DNA of 63,118 nucleotides from Gonapodya sp. JEL0774. Its lineage: Eukaryota. A program made the position numbers and the translations under genes. This document shows positions 62,901-63,118 of the stretch, piece by piece (the stretch's first letter is position 1; each line of letters begins with the position of its first letter). The notes beneath the pieces were generated by a model. The model did not search any database. It saw nothing but the letters and a program-made list of their open reading frames with translations, and was not told the DNA's origin. Location: assembly GCA_027604505.1 (NCBI GenBank), contig JADIIX010000134.1, forward strand, positions 1 to 63,118, in the 5' to 3' direction.

Positions 62901-63118
62901 GATTCCGTTCTCTTGGAGTTGCGTGGAAAAGGGGGAACGATCCGTGGGTCTTACTCGGAGTGGTAGGTCATAACGAGAAGCGCTGATTACTACCTGAAAT
63001 TGCTCGTAACGTTTTTTTTGCGCTTGTAGATCCCGCTGTTTGATCCCCCTCGTGACGATACAAAACGTACCCTTGAAGACGCAATGTCCCTCGGAATTCA
63101 GATCAAAATGCTCACTGG
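59916..63118 (+). CDS. PMA1: Plasma-membrane H+-ATPase (P-type IIIA), truncated by window end
   Basis: [103 protein letters not shown] and IKMLTG. Start could be 59868 or 59916. Confidence 0.93.

Noticed and set aside
1..63118. tRNA/rRNA genes, intact transposons, or a secondary-metabolite cluster (ligase + oxidoreductase + CoA-transferase)
   Set aside because: No cloverleaf or rRNA signatures and no RT/integrase/transposase motifs were seen by eye. The enzymes are separated by unrelated genes and there is no backbone synthase.

Overview
Intron-rich eukaryotic DNA with short GT-AG introns, CTRAY-type branch points and several microexons. The gene repertoire points to an early-diverging, probably zoosporic (chytrid-lineage) fungus; this is inference, not verified. 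About 20 protein-coding genes were reconstructed by hand-splicing the ORF track, and no RNA genes, CRISPR arrays or intact transposons were seen. Recognisable genes: Asteroid/FAM120-like PIN nuclease, TKL kinase with Sel1 repeats, peroxisomal acyl-CoA ligase, F-box protein, Gfo/Idh/MocA oxidoreductase, Mtc4-like protein, DENND6, CoA-transferase III, PWWP-like coiled-coil protein, SDHAF1 and a Pma1-type H+-ATPase truncated at the window end. Three things stand out. (1) Three related single-pass receptor-like genes share a cytoplasmic 'F-x-x-x-A-x-P-L-x-L + SH3' module but carry different ectodomains (two plant-RLK-style LRR, one Cys-cap plus polyproline). (2) A bacterial-chemoreceptor-like TM-dCache-TM-HAMP protein has no output domain. 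(3) A UMP-CMP kinase is fused in frame to a ~1,600-aa acidic tail ending in a polybasic CaaX-like motif. Exon boundaries are manual and no database searches were run.
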